DNA of 64,000 nt from NCBI GenBank assembly GCA_017983445.1, contig JAGOBJ010000001.1:125632-189631 (forward strand), read 5' to 3'. The position numbers and the translations under genes were made by a program. Position 1 is the first letter of the stretch. Every line of letters starts with the position of its first letter. This DNA is from Halomonas sp. (GTDB lineage: Bacteria; Pseudomonadota; Gammaproteobacteria; Pseudomonadales; Halomonadaceae). The notes beneath the pieces are model-generated. The model saw only the letters and a list, made by a program, of their open reading frames with translations, was not told the origin of the DNA and did no database searches. Shown here one piece after another: positions 38,015 through 48,256 of the stretch.

Positions 38015-39142
38015 ATGCAGTATCAGCCTCAAACATGGCACGAGGGCAACCGGTTTAGCCTACTGCCCGAGGCTTCGCGCTTCCTGCCCGCCATATTCGA
38101 CGCCATCGACAACGCAAGCCACTACGTGATGGTAGAGCTTTATTTGATGGAATCGGGAGAGCTTGCTGACCGGCTCATTGAAACGCTCAGTAAAGCCGCC
38201 CAGCGCGGAATCAGTGTTTACTTGTTGCTCGATGGCTTTGGTGCCATGGGGCTTGCCAGGAAAGACCGGGAGCGGCTTCTGGATGCTGGCGTTGCGCTGC
38301 GCTTCTTCAACCCGCTAGGGTTGCACTCGCTGGCCCGCAACCTGAGTCGCGACCACCGTAAGATTGTCGTCATTGATGGCGATATTGCCTTTACCGGTGG
38401 TTTTGGCGCGGTAGATGAGTTTTTAAAGGCATGGTACGAAATTGCAGTACGCATTGAAGGACCGGTAGTTGCCGATTGGGAGACGCTTTTTCGACGGCTA
38501 TGGCGTTCGCGGTTAACCCGCGCAGATGACAAGCGTATGCCGGAACCGCTTCCCAAGCAGCGTAAGGCGGTAGCGTTTGATGATGGCGCGCCAGGGCGTG
38601 CGATGCAGGGTAGAGGCTATCGCTATCAAGCTATTCGTCACTCACTTTATCGGCAGGTGGGCGGCGCCCAGAACCGTCTCTGGCTGTGTACGCCTTACTT
38701 TGTGCCTACCTTCACATTGCGCCGCCGCTTGGCCCGTGCAGCCAAGCGTGGAGTCGACGTGCGTCTCTTGCTGCCCGGCTCCAAGCATGACCATCCCAGC
38801 GTGCGCTATGCCGGGCAGCGTTTCTACCAGGCGATGCTTAAAGCGGGCGTGCGCATTTATGAATTTCAGCCCACGTTCATCCATGCCAAATTCGTACTCG
38901 CTGATGATTGGGTGAGTATTGGCTCATGTAATTTCGATCACTGGAATCTGCACTGGAATCTGGAAGCTAACCAGGAAGCCATGGATGAAGGCCTTGCCCG
39001 TGATGTACAGGCGATGTTCGAACGTAATTTTTCAGCCAGCAAAGAAGTGCTGGCTGAAGAGTGGGCCGCGCGCCCTTGGACACAGCGTGTTTTTGAGTGG
39101 GTGTTCGGTACGCTGGACTCAGTGATTACCCGACTTAAGTAA
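38015..39142 (+). CDS. Phospholipase D family cardiolipin synthase-like protein (ClsB-like, no N-terminal TM)
   Basis: Two HKD motifs: HRKIVVID and HAKFVLAD...IGSCNFD. Confidence 0.9.
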   Translation: MQYQPQTWHEGNRFSLLPEASRFLPAIFDAIDNASHYVMVELYLMESGELADRLIETLSKAAQRGISVYLLLDGFGAMGLARKDRERLLDAGVALRFFNPLGLHSLARNLSRDHRKIVVIDGDIAFTGGFGAVDEFLKAWYEIAVRIEGPVVADWETLFRRLWRSRLTRADDKRMPEPLPKQRKAVAFDDGAPGRAMQGRGYRYQAIRHSLYRQVGGAQNRLWLCTPYFVPTFTLRRRLARAAKRGVDVRLLLPGSKHDHPSVRYAGQRFYQAMLKAGVRIYEFQPTFIHAKFVLADDWVSIGSCNFDHWNLHWNLEANQEAMDEGLARDVQAMFERNFSASKEVLAEEWAARPWTQRVFEWVFGTLDSVITRLK

Positions 39143-39164
39143 ATGGCCGCATAAAGCGGCCATT
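39142..39164. terminator. Hairpin between convergent cls and yecA-like genes
   Basis: AATGGCCGC-ATAAA-GCGGCCATT. Confidence 0.6.
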
Positions 39165-39167
39165 AAC

Positions 39168-39836
39168 CTAGCGGCGCTTTTGGCCTTTGGCGGGCGTCTT
39201 TTTGCGCGGTTTAGGTTTGGGCGTTTCTGGCGGAACGCGGTAGTGTAAGTACAGATCAAGCACCAGTTCTGGCAGTTGCTCTACCAGCGTTTCCTGGCGT
39301 GCGCTATCGCTTGCCATCTCGGCCATGTCGGGCTCGTCATCAAATAACCCGGAAAGCAGCATGAAGGGCAAAAGCAGTGTGGCCGCGGCTTCTTCATCAT
39401 CTTGAAACCAGGCGCTTTCATCGCTGAAGACACCTTCCATAAAGCCTGCACACCAATCGCCAATCGGCGTTTCCTCCGCAGGCAGGCCGTCCAGAGTTAA
39501 CTCAAAGGGCAACTCAGGAAGCCCGCCTTGCTCGAGTATCGCCATCGCGTTATCGCGCAGTAGCGTCAGCAGGTTAATGATTTCATCGCGCTCGCTATCA
39601 TCGACATAGCGCGGTTCGCCCTGAAACAGCTCAGCGAGCCACTGTGCCGGCGATACTTCACTGGGAGCGACCGCGAGCGCCACCAAAAAACCATGGGCGG
39701 AGATCAAGTCCAGCGCGTCCTCGTCTACCTGATCAGAGTCGAGGAAGTCATCCAGCCTGTCGAGCTGCTCATCGGTAAGCAGTGGCTGGGGAGGGACGGT
39801 CTCTGGCGCGTTTAAATCGTCGGGGCGCTCTACCAT
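39168..39836 (-). CDS. YecA/UPF0149 family protein
   Basis: LDEFL-like start, AHGFLVAL, WC.GFMEG; acidic body with basic tail. Confidence 0.8.
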   Translation of the reverse strand: MVERPDDLNAPETVPPQPLLTDEQLDRLDDFLDSDQVDEDALDLISAHGFLVALAVAPSEVSPAQWLAELFQGEPRYVDDSERDEIINLLTLLRDNAMAILEQGGLPELPFELTLDGLPAEETPIGDWCAGFMEGVFSDESAWFQDDEEAAATLLLPFMLLSGLFDDEPDMAEMASDSARQETLVEQLPELVLDLYLHYRVPPETPKPKPRKKTPAKGQKRR

Positions 39837-39906
39837 AGCAAGCCTCATGGGGTGAGTCGTTTAAAAAAATGATACTAATGGGTAACGATCTTTCAGGCAT
39901 TCATTA

Positions 39907-40479
39907 ATGACAAGTTTATCACTAATAGGCACATCGCTAACGGGTGCATTGCCGCTGCCGCCCTGGCCGAACGATGAGCTGGAAGCCCTTTGCGTAGAAG
40001 CCCTGCAGCAGGCCGCTATTAAGCGTGCTGAACAGGCGTGGGAGCGCTGTCTGGAGGTTTATCCACAGTTGCCCCGCCCCGGCATCTGGTTTGATTTGAA
40101 AGGCGCATCGGCAGGGCAGGCGCATCTGGGCCGGGGCGGGCTGCGCTTTAATCTCATCTTGCTCAGTGACAATCGCCGCGCTTTTTTTGATGAAGTCATT
40201 CCACATGAAATGGCTCACTGGCTGGTCTTTCACCTGCGCGATGGGCAACGCCTAAAGCCACACGGGCGCGAATGGCAAAGCGTAATGCGTAATCTGTTTG
40301 GTCTGGTGCCCCAGGTTACCCACCGCTTTAATACCCAAAAGGCTCAGCCTGCACCTTATCGTTATCAGTGCGGCTGTCGTACCCACCACTTGACGGCCAG
40401 ACGTCACGGCCTAGTCAGGAAAGGACGCGGCTATCGCTGTCGTCATTGTCAGCAGATGTTGCTCTATACTGCTCGTTAA
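39907..40479 (+). CDS. SprT-like zinc metalloprotease
   Basis: HEMAH, PHGREWQ, C-terminal Y.CGC...Y.C..C zinc ribbon. Confidence 0.88.
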   Translation: MTSLSLIGTSLTGALPLPPWPNDELEALCVEALQQAAIKRAEQAWERCLEVYPQLPRPGIWFDLKGASAGQAHLGRGGLRFNLILLSDNRRAFFDEVIPHEMAHWLVFHLRDGQRLKPHGREWQSVMRNLFGLVPQVTHRFNTQKAQPAPYRYQCGCRTHHLTARRHGLVRKGRGYRCRHCQQMLLYTAR

Positions 40480-40517
40480 GAGTTGTAGGTTGCTGTTTTT
40501 TAATTAAAAATTGCTAA

Positions 40518-40528
40518 TACCAATGTCT
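40518..40528 (+). promoter_or_regulatory. Candidate CrbR/ErdR box upstream of acs
   Basis: TACCAATGTCT; 10/11 identical to TACCAAAGTCT upstream of the actP operon. Confidence 0.6.
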
Positions 40529-40646
40529 AAGAGGAAGGCGCCTAAGGGAGGTTTATGCTAGGGGAACATTTAGTGGTGTCGGGGCAACCAATAACAATAC
40601 CGACTACATCCCTATTGAGAGTGCGTTTCCACGGACAGAGGCAACT

Positions 40647-42596
40647 ATGAGCGAACATCAAAACGTCTATCCGGTGCGCGATGCTATCGCCGCCAACGCC
40701 TGGGCCGATAAAGATAAATTCACGGCCATGTATCAGCAGTCCAAGGATGACCCTGAAGGTTTCTGGGCGGAACAGGCCAAGCGTCTTGACTGGATAAAAG
40801 CGCCAACCAAGATCAAGAACACCTCTTTCAAACGCGATAATGTGGATATCCGCTGGTTCGAAGATGGCGTGCTCAACGTCAGCGCCAACTGCCTTGATCG
40901 ACATCTGGAAAAGCGCGGCGACCAGACCGCAATAATCTGGGAGGGTGACAACCCTGACGAATCCAAGCATATCAGCTACCGTGAGCTGTACGAGCGCACC
41001 TGTAAGCTTGCCAATGCCTTGAAATCGTTGGGTATCGAGAAAGGCGATACGGTGACGCTGTACATGCCGATGATTCCGGAAGCGGCCATGGCAATGCTTG
41101 CCTGTGCACGGATCGGCGCGGTGCACTCGGTAGTGTTTGGTGGCTTTTCGCCAGACGCGGTAGCCCAGCGGATTATTGGTGCCGACTCCAAGTTGATCAT
41201 TACCGCCGACGAGTCCGTGCGCGGCGGCAAGCAGGTACCGCTCAAGGAGAACGTTGATTCAGCATTGACCCGCGATGGCACCGACGTCTGCAAGAACGTG
41301 CTGGTGGTGAAACGTACTGGCGGTGATATCGACTGGGTTGAGGGGCGCGATCTATGGTTCGATGAGCTGGTTGATCGGCAGCTACCCGAGTGCGCCGCCG
41401 AGCCGATGGGCGCCGAAGACCCACTGTTCATTCTGTATACCTCAGGTTCCACCGGCGCGCCCAAAGGCCTCAAGCACACCACCGGTGGCTACTTGACGTA
41501 TGCTGCCATGACCCACCAGTACGTGTTCGACTATCAGGATGGCGAGGTCTACTGGTGCAGCGCGGATGTCGGCTGGGTCACCGGGCACAGCTATATCGTC
41601 TATGGACCGCTTGCCAATGGTGCGACCACGCTGATGTTTGAAGGCGTGCCCAGCTATCCGACCCATGGTCGCCTGGGTGAAATCGTCGATAAGCACAAGG
41701 TCAACATTCTGTATACCGCGCCCACCGCCGTGCGTGCCCTGATGGCCCATGGCGATAACGTTATGGATACCAGCTCGCGCGATAGCCTGCGCCTGCTCGG
41801 CTCGGTCGGTGAGCCGATCAACCCGGAAGCCTGGGAGTGGTTTTACCGCGTGATCGGTAATAGCCAATGCCCGATTGTGGATACCTGGTGGCAAACCGAA
41901 ACCGGCGGCATCATGATTACTCCGCTGCCTGGCGCAACCGACCTAAAACCGGGTTCAGCCACGCTGCCTTTCTTTGGCGTACAGCCTGCGCTAGTGGATA
42001 ACGAAGGGCATCTATTGGAAGGTGCCACTGAAGGCAATCTGGTGATTCTGGATTCCTGGCCGGGTCAGGCACGCTCAATCTGGGGTGATCATGAGCGCTT
42101 CGTGCAGACCTATTTTGCGACCTATGACGGCATGTACTTCACCGGTGACGGCTGCCGCCGCGATGAAGACGGCTACTACTGGATCACTGGCCGCGTGGAT
42201 GACGTGCTTAACGTGTCAGGTCACCGTATGGGCACCGCTGAAATTGAGTCGTCGCTGGTCGCGCATTCAGCCGTTGCCGAAGCCGCAGTGGTAGGCTTCC
42301 CTCATGATATCAAGGGCCAGGGCATTTATATCTATGTGACCTTGAATGACGGTATCGACCCCACCGATGAACTCAAGAAAGAGCTCTCGCTTTGGGTGCG
42401 TAAAGACATCGGGCCAATTGCGTCCCCCGATGTGATTCAGTGGGCGCCGGGGTTACCCAAAACGCGCTCGGGCAAAATCATGCGGCGTATTCTGCGCAAA
42501 ATTGCTGCCAACGAATGTGATGGTCTGGGTGACACCAGTACCCTGGCAGACCCGTCGGTGGTTGACGAATTGATTGAGCATAGAGCCAATCAATAG
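40647..42596 (+). CDS. acs: Acetyl-CoA synthetase (AMP-forming)
   Basis: [32 protein letters not shown] with acetylatable Lys. Confidence 0.98.
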   Translation: MSEHQNVYPVRDAIAANAWADKDKFTAMYQQSKDDPEGFWAEQAKRLDWIKAPTKIKNTSFKRDNVDIRWFEDGVLNVSANCLDRHLEKRGDQTAIIWEGDNPDESKHISYRELYERTCKLANALKSLGIEKGDTVTLYMPMIPEAAMAMLACARIGAVHSVVFGGFSPDAVAQRIIGADSKLIITADESVRGGKQVPLKENVDSALTRDGTDVCKNVLVVKRTGGDIDWVEGRDLWFDELVDRQLPECAAEPMGAEDPLFILYTSGSTGAPKGLKHTTGGYLTYAAMTHQYVFDYQDGEVYWCSADVGWVTGHSYIVYGPLANGATTLMFEGVPSYPTHGRLGEIVDKHKVNILYTAPTAVRALMAHGDNVMDTSSRDSLRLLGSVGEPINPEAWEWFYRVIGNSQCPIVDTWWQTETGGIMITPLPGATDLKPGSATLPFFGVQPALVDNEGHLLEGATEGNLVILDSWPGQARSIWGDHERFVQTYFATYDGMYFTGDGCRRDEDGYYWITGRVDDVLNVSGHRMGTAEIESSLVAHSAVAEAAVVGFPHDIKGQGIYIYVTLNDGIDPTDELKKELSLWVRKDIGPIASPDVIQWAPGLPKTRSGKIMRRILRKIAANECDGLGDTSTLADPSVVDELIEHRANQ

Positions 42597-42868
42597 TAGC
42601 TTACTACTCAGTGGTTTAAGCTCACTGAGCGCTACCCGATTTGATAAGCGTCAGCCAACAAGAGCGTCGATAGCAGCATACTGCGCTTAAGCGTTGGAGT
42701 GCCGGCCAAAGAGCCGGCACTGTTGCGTTTAAATGGGTGACATAATGATGACAAAATATGCATGTATGCTTGGGCATCAAGAAGCCCTGGGGTACCATGC
42801 GTTGACCGTATGAGCCTAGCGTCGTAGCGGCAAGCAATTCCGCTGCACGAGGAACCGGAGGAATATCC

Positions 42869-43531
42869 ATGGCAGTAGCCCATAAGTTTATCGTTGCAGA
42901 CGACCATCCGCTGTTTCGTGCAGCGCTAACCCAGGCCTTGCGCCAACTGGCCCCCCAGGCTGAGATTGTCGAAGCCGACACCATGGAAGCCACAACGGAA
43001 GTGGTTAATCGTCATCCCGATGCCGACTTGATTCTTCTGGATTTACATATGCCGGGCGCGCACGGCTTCTCTGGGCTGATTCAGCTGCGTGGTCAGATGC
43101 CGGATATTCCGGTAGCCGTGGTATCGGGTAGCGATGAGCCTTACGTTGTTCGCCGGGCAATCGACTACGGCGCTTCAGGCTTTATCCCCAAATCCTCCTC
43201 GCTTCAGCTGATTGCCGAGGCGGTAGGCGAAATTCTGCAGGGCGAAGTCTGGTTGCCGGAAGCGCTGGCTAATGTGTTGGAAGAAACCAGCGAGGAAGAG
43301 TCTCGGTTTGCTGAAGCGATTGCTTCGTTAACCCCTCAGCAGTTTCGCGTTTTGAACATGCTGACCGAAGGCCTGCTCAATAAGCAGATCGCCTACGAGC
43401 TTAATGTGTCTGAAGCGACCATCAAGGCCCACGTAACGGCCATTTTACGCAAGCTTGGCGTTCACTCCCGCACCCAGGCCGTTATTGCCGCCCAGAAGCT
43501 GGAAGTCGAGCCGCCTAAAGTCGTGTCATAA
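42869..43531 (+). CDS. LuxR/NarL-family response regulator (CrbR/ErdR-like)
   Basis: ADDHPLFR, LLDLHMP, LTPQQFRVL...NKQIAY.LNVSEATIKAHV; between acs and crbS-like kinase. Confidence 0.9.
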   Translation: MAVAHKFIVADDHPLFRAALTQALRQLAPQAEIVEADTMEATTEVVNRHPDADLILLDLHMPGAHGFSGLIQLRGQMPDIPVAVVSGSDEPYVVRRAIDYGASGFIPKSSSLQLIAEAVGEILQGEVWLPEALANVLEETSEEESRFAEAIASLTPQQFRVLNMLTEGLLNKQIAYELNVSEATIKAHVTAILRKLGVHSRTQAVIAAQKLEVEPPKVVS

Positions 43532-43546
43532 GCTTCCCCGCTTATG

Positions 43547-43585
43547 AAAAAACCTCGCTCACGTTGACCGTAAGCGAGGTTTTTT
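43547..43585. terminator. Bidirectional terminator between crbR-like and crbS-like genes
   Basis: AAAAAACCTCGCT...AGCGAGGTTTTTT. Confidence 0.85.
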
Positions 43586-43608
43586 CTTTATAGACAGCCT
43601 TTTAATAC

Positions 43609-46600
43609 TTAGACATTCGCTCGGCTGGCTTGCAGTGTACGGGTTAAAAGTGCCCGCAAGGCGGCCGGTTTTACCGGTTTCAAGAGCAGCTGATACCCAT
43701 CGCGTTTGATCTCTTCGGCCACGGCTTCCGTTCGGTCAGCGGTAATCACAATGCCGGGCACCGCGCCGGATAGGCGCTCACTAAGCGCTTCCAGAGCCAT
43801 CAAGCCGGTGACTTCATTGTCCAAGTGATAATCGGCCAGAATCGCGTCGGGGTCGCCGTCCATATTGCGCAGTATCGATTTAGCGCCCCCGATGCTGGTC
43901 GCGGTAAACACCTCGCATCCCCAGCCGCTCAGCATGGCGGTCATGCCTTCCAGAATGAGCGTTTCGTTATCGATACATACGATTCGGGTACCGGCAAGCT
44001 TATTACCGCTGCGTCGGTTTGAAGGCTCCTGTTCACCTGGGCTAGCTTCCTTGGCGGCGACGATGGGGACGCTGACCGAGAACACGGTGCCACGGCCTTC
44101 CCAGGAGTGTACTTTGATGGGGTGGTCGAGCACTCGGCTCATCCGGTCGGCAATCGAGAGACCAAGCCCCAGCCCCTTTTCGCTCTCCTTGTGCCGCGAT
44201 ACCTGATCCAGACGACGAAACTCCTGGAATATTTCCGTCAGCTTGGATTCCGGAATGCCCGGGCCGCTGTCCCATACTTCAATCACCAGCCGGCCGCTTT
44301 GACGGCGACAGCCCAGCAGCACGCGGCCATCCTGGGTGTAGCGAATGGCGTTGGATAAAAAGTTCTGCACGATGCGCCGCAGCATCTGCGGATCGGAGTC
44401 GACCCACTGCTGGGTAGGCACTACCTCCAGGTCAAGGCCGCGGTTGTCGGCCATCACTTCAAACTCGGCGCGTAGCGGCCGGAAAATATCCGCCAGAGCA
44501 AAGTGATTGCGACGCGGCGTCAGGGCGCCGGCATCCAGCTTGGAGATGTCCAGCAGCGTTCCGAGCAGTTCTTCGGCAGCCTGTAGCGAATTGTCGATAT
44601 GCCCGATGGTGCGCTGGGTATCGGGGGCGGTGACGTTTTGCATCAGGGCCGAGGTAAACAGCCGGGCAGCGTTTAACGGCTGCAGCAGATCATGGCTCGC
44701 GGCGGCTAAAAAGCGGGTTTTGGAAGCGTTGGCATCTTCGGCTAGCTGCTTGGCCTGGCGCAAGGCTTGCTCGGCCTCGGCACGCACGCGGTTCTCCTGG
44801 CGCAGTGCGGCGTTGGCCTCTGAAAGCGCTTGGGTACGCTCGCGAACGCGCTCCTCAAGCGTTTCGTTGGTCTCTTTAAGAGCAATTTCCGCCCGCCGCC
44901 GCTCGGTAATATCCTGATACAACGCAAAGAAGCCGAGAATCGATTGGCTATCGCCAAAGTGGGGCGTGTAGGTTACCAGCATATAGCGCATGGCATCATT
45001 GACGCGCATGGCGACTTCAAAACTCACCCGTTCCCCGGCCAGCGCGCGCTCGACCCACGGGCCGCGTTCTTCGGCCTGTTGCAGCGAGAGCACATCTTCA
45101 AAGCGTCGGCCAATCACCGCATTACGGTCGATGCTGAACGCCTGCTCATAGGCGCGGTTGGTAAAAAGATAGCGACACTCTTTATCAAAGTAGGCGATCA
45201 GCGCAGGAACGTTATCGGTGTAGATACGGATGTTGTTTTCCGAACGAATCAGCGCTTCTTCAATGCGTTTTTGCTGGGTGATGTCCTGGTAGGTATAAAC
45301 AAACCCGCCGCCGGGCATGGGGTTGCCCTGTACCTCCAGCACGCTGCCATCCTGGCGGTAGCGAACGTAGCGATGTGGGTGGCCATCACGAATGTTATCC
45401 AGCAGCAGCTGAACATGCTCTTCAGGGTCACCTGGGCCATACTCACCGTTATGCGCGTTATAGCGGAAAATACGGTCAATGGGCGCGCCTACACGAATCA
45501 GATGATCGGGAAAACGAAACAGCTCAAGGTAGCGTTGGTTCCAGACCACCAGACGCAAGTTTTGATCAACAACGCTGATGCCCTGGTTGATGTTTTCTAT
45601 CGTAGCCTGCAGCAGGGCACGGTTAAATTCCAGCACCTGGGATGCTTCATCGACAATCGAGATAACATCGGAAATACCGATACCGCGCCCCTGAAGCGCA
45701 GAGTTGACGACAATACGCGCCGAGGAGGCGCCAAGTACCGAGGCAAGGAAACGCTCGGTAAATTGAATAATATCAATAGAAGCCCGGGTGCTGTTGTCCA
45801 GCGGTTTGCCTGAACGGCGGGCGTAATCCTCAAATGCCCGGTCAACCTGGCTGGCGCCCAAAAAGCGTTCACACAATACTTTAAGATCGCCCACCGTCGT
45901 AGCACCGGTCCAGGGGCGGTTAACCGAGGTTTGGCGGGTTTCAACGCTGTCCACAAATAGCGAGGCCTGAATACGCTCCACCACGCGCTGCGAGGTCACC
46001 TGGGAAATAAAGATATAGCAGAACAGGTTGATGCCTAGCGATAGCATCACGCCGTGGGTAAAGCTGTCGCCCAGATTCAGGCCAAAAAGCCCGGTAGGGG
46101 AGAGCCATCGGATGCCTAACGGCCCGCCAGATAGCCACTCCTGGGGCAGTACACCAGCATTGATCATTGCAGGCATCAACAGGCTGTATACCCAAATGGC
46201 GAAGCCCGCGTTCATGCCCACAATAACGCCTAGACGATTACCGCGTTTCCAGTAAAGACCCCCAATAACCGCGGGTGCAAACTGTGCGGCAGCGGCAAAA
46301 GAAAGCATGCCGATGGAGGCAAGCGAGGTGAACTCGGCAATCAACCGGTAGAAGCCGTAGGCCATCGCCAATACGACGGCAATAGTAATGCGGCGCGTGC
46401 GCAGCACCAAGCGCCCATAGTCTCGGGCTTTGGTATCAAACCAGCGCAGCCGGAACAGCGCGGGAATCACAATTTCGTTGGAGATCATGATAGATACAGC
46501 GACCGCCGCCACGATCACCATGCCGGTCGCGGCCGAAAATCCGCCAATAAAGGTCAGCAGCGTTAGCCATTGATGGCCGGACTGCATGGAAAGCGCCAAT

Positions 46601-47550
46601 ACGTAGGTATCGGGTTCCACGCCTGTTTCTGAAAAGAGTAACAGCCCGGCTGCTGCCAGCGGCACGACGAAAAAGGCGATGGCAAACAGATAAAGCGGGA
46701 ACAGCCAGCGAGCTTTGGTGGCATCGTCAGGGTGAATGTTCTCAACCACGGCTACATGAAACTGCCGAGGGAGACATAAAATGGCCAGCATGGCGAGCAG
46801 TGTCTGTGCCCAGAAGCTTTGCCCAAAATCCTGATTTGCCAGCTGGCGCTGAAGTTCAAGCTGGCTGTCGGCATGGCTCATCAACTCGCCCAAACCGCCG
46901 AACATGCCCCAGGTAACGTAAGCCCCTAACACCAGAAAGGCTAACAGCTTGACGATCGATTCAAATGCGACGGCATGAATCAGGCCTTCGTGGTGTTCGG
47001 TCGCATCGGTATGACGAGTGCCAAATAAAATCGCAAAAACCGCCATCACGATGGCGACGTAAAACGCCGTGTCGCCAAACAGCGGCGCACCGACGGTATC
47101 ATTGGCGCCGGTCAGCACACTAAACGTAGTCGATACGGCTTTAAGCTGAAGCGCGATGTAGGGAAGGGTGCCCACTAGCGCCACTAGGCTTGCAAACGCC
47201 GCAAGCGACTGGGTCTTGCCGTATCGCGAGGCGATAAAATCTGCAATGGAGGTGACGTTCTGATGTTTGGCGACGCGAATCATCTTGGCCAGTACCGGCC
47301 AGAAGAGTAAAAACGTCAGGATAGGACCGACAAATATACTCGCAAAGGACCAGCCCGCCGTGGCCGCCTGGCCTACGGCACCGTAAAACGTCCAGGAGGT
47401 GCAGTAAATGGCCAGCGCCAGGCTATAGATCAGTGGGCGTCGACGGCTGGCACCGTGGGTACGTGCACGGCGGTCGCCGTACCAGGCAATACCGAATAGG
47501 ATTGCAATATAAAGCAGTGATACTGCAACCAGTAACCCACCGTGAAACAT
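43609..47550 (-). CDS. CrbS/MxtR-like hybrid sensor kinase (SLC5 transporter-like domain, STAC, PAS, PAS, HisKA, HATPase, REC)
   Basis: N-terminal polytopic domain YSLALAIYCTSWTFYG; ERFLASVLGASSAR (STAC); ASHDLLQPLNAARLF; DSGPGIP; GLGLGL; REC ADYHLD. Confidence 0.92.
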   Translation of the reverse strand: MFHGGLLVAVSLLYIAILFGIAWYGDRRARTHGASRRRPLIYSLALAIYCTSWTFYGAVGQAATAGWSFASIFVGPILTFLLFWPVLAKMIRVAKHQNVTSIADFIASRYGKTQSLAAFASLVALVGTLPYIALQLKAVSTTFSVLTGANDTVGAPLFGDTAFYVAIVMAVFAILFGTRHTDATEHHEGLIHAVAFESIVKLLAFLVLGAYVTWGMFGGLGELMSHADSQLELQRQLANQDFGQSFWAQTLLAMLAILCLPRQFHVAVVENIHPDDATKARWLFPLYLFAIAFFVVPLAAAGLLLFSETGVEPDTYVLALSMQSGHQWLTLLTFIGGFSAATGMVIVAAVAVSIMISNEIVIPALFRLRWFDTKARDYGRLVLRTRRITIAVVLAMAYGFYRLIAEFTSLASIGMLSFAAAAQFAPAVIGGLYWKRGNRLGVIVGMNAGFAIWVYSLLMPAMINAGVLPQEWLSGGPLGIRWLSPTGLFGLNLGDSFTHGVMLSLGINLFCYIFISQVTSQRVVERIQASLFVDSVETRQTSVNRPWTGATTVGDLKVLCERFLGASQVDRAFEDYARRSGKPLDNSTRASIDIIQFTERFLASVLGASSARIVVNSALQGRGIGISDVISIVDEASQVLEFNRALLQATIENINQGISVVDQNLRLVVWNQRYLELFRFPDHLIRVGAPIDRIFRYNAHNGEYGPGDPEEHVQLLLDNIRDGHPHRYVRYRQDGSVLEVQGNPMPGGGFVYTYQDITQQKRIEEALIRSENNIRIYTDNVPALIAYFDKECRYLFTNRAYEQAFSIDRNAVIGRRFEDVLSLQQAEERGPWVERALAGERVSFEVAMRVNDAMRYMLVTYTPHFGDSQSILGFFALYQDITERRRAEIALKETNETLEERVRERTQALSEANAALRQENRVRAEAEQALRQAKQLAEDANASKTRFLAAASHDLLQPLNAARLFTSALMQNVTAPDTQRTIGHIDNSLQAAEELLGTLLDISKLDAGALTPRRNHFALADIFRPLRAEFEVMADNRGLDLEVVPTQQWVDSDPQMLRRIVQNFLSNAIRYTQDGRVLLGCRRQSGRLVIEVWDSGPGIPESKLTEIFQEFRRLDQVSRHKESEKGLGLGLSIADRMSRVLDHPIKVHSWEGRGTVFSVSVPIVAAKEASPGEQEPSNRRSGNKLAGTRIVCIDNETLILEGMTAMLSGWGCEVFTATSIGGAKSILRNMDGDPDAILADYHLDNEVTGLMALEALSERLSGAVPGIVITADRTEAVAEEIKRDGYQLLLKPVKPAALRALLTRTLQASRANV

Positions 47551-47639
47551 GCCTATTCCCCCACCAACGTTTATCTCGCCCAGCTAGCGGCGCGCGCAAA
47601 GAGGCTCATTCTAGGCGAAGATGAACGCTTGCGTCTCGC

Positions 47640-48161
47640 TTAAGCGCTAGCGAGACCGCAGACGGTGGTCAATAGCGGAGATGTTTCGCGCAGTCGGCGA
47701 AGCTCGCTAAGCTGTGCTTCTCCAGTGTCATTGTTTAATGGTATCAGCTCGCGGCTTTCGCAGTTTAGAACGTAGGGCTGAGTGATGAGGATATCGGTAT
47801 GGTGTCGCTCGAACTGATACAGAATGAATTCTACCACCGGCGTGTTATCAATCTCACGGGTAACGATATTGTCGCTATCCACAACGCTAAACTTGGTGGT
47901 CATGGGAAAAGCAAAGGTCCAGGGACGCCATACGGCGCTTGAGGTATCGCTTGAAATCACGATGGCGGTGTCAGGTAGTTGTGCCTGCTTGTGTTCAAAC
48001 CACATGTATTCTACCTGGATTTGATAGGCCAGCATGCCAAGCCCACCGAAGACAGGCACGATCCATTTGGGAAGTCGTTTGCCGCTTAAGGTGCGAAGTA
48101 GTAGGCCGATTCCTGCGCCGGCAAGTCCGGCAAACACGGCGGCGATCAAGTGCCATATCAT
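47640..48161 (-). CDS. Hypothetical membrane-anchored protein between actP and crbS-like gene
   Basis: Two N-terminal hydrophobic segments; RBS AGGA; C-terminal CESR...C. Confidence 0.72.
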   Translation of the reverse strand: MIWHLIAAVFAGLAGAGIGLLLRTLSGKRLPKWIVPVFGGLGMLAYQIQVEYMWFEHKQAQLPDTAIVISSDTSSAVWRPWTFAFPMTTKFSVVDSDNIVTREIDNTPVVEFILYQFERHHTDILITQPYVLNCESRELIPLNNDTGEAQLSELRRLRETSPLLTTVCGLASA

Positions 48162-48180
48162 AAAACATCCTTTCTAAAAG

Positions 48181-48210
48181 CCATCGGGCCTCCCTGAGGA
48201 GGCCCGATGG
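48181..48210 (-). terminator. actP operon terminator
   Basis: CCATCGGGCCTCC-N4-GGAGGCCCGATGG followed on the minus strand by CTTTT. Confidence 0.8.
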
Positions 48211-48256
48211 TCACTCTATGATTTCCGATGCGTAAAACGCTCGGAATGATTATGGC

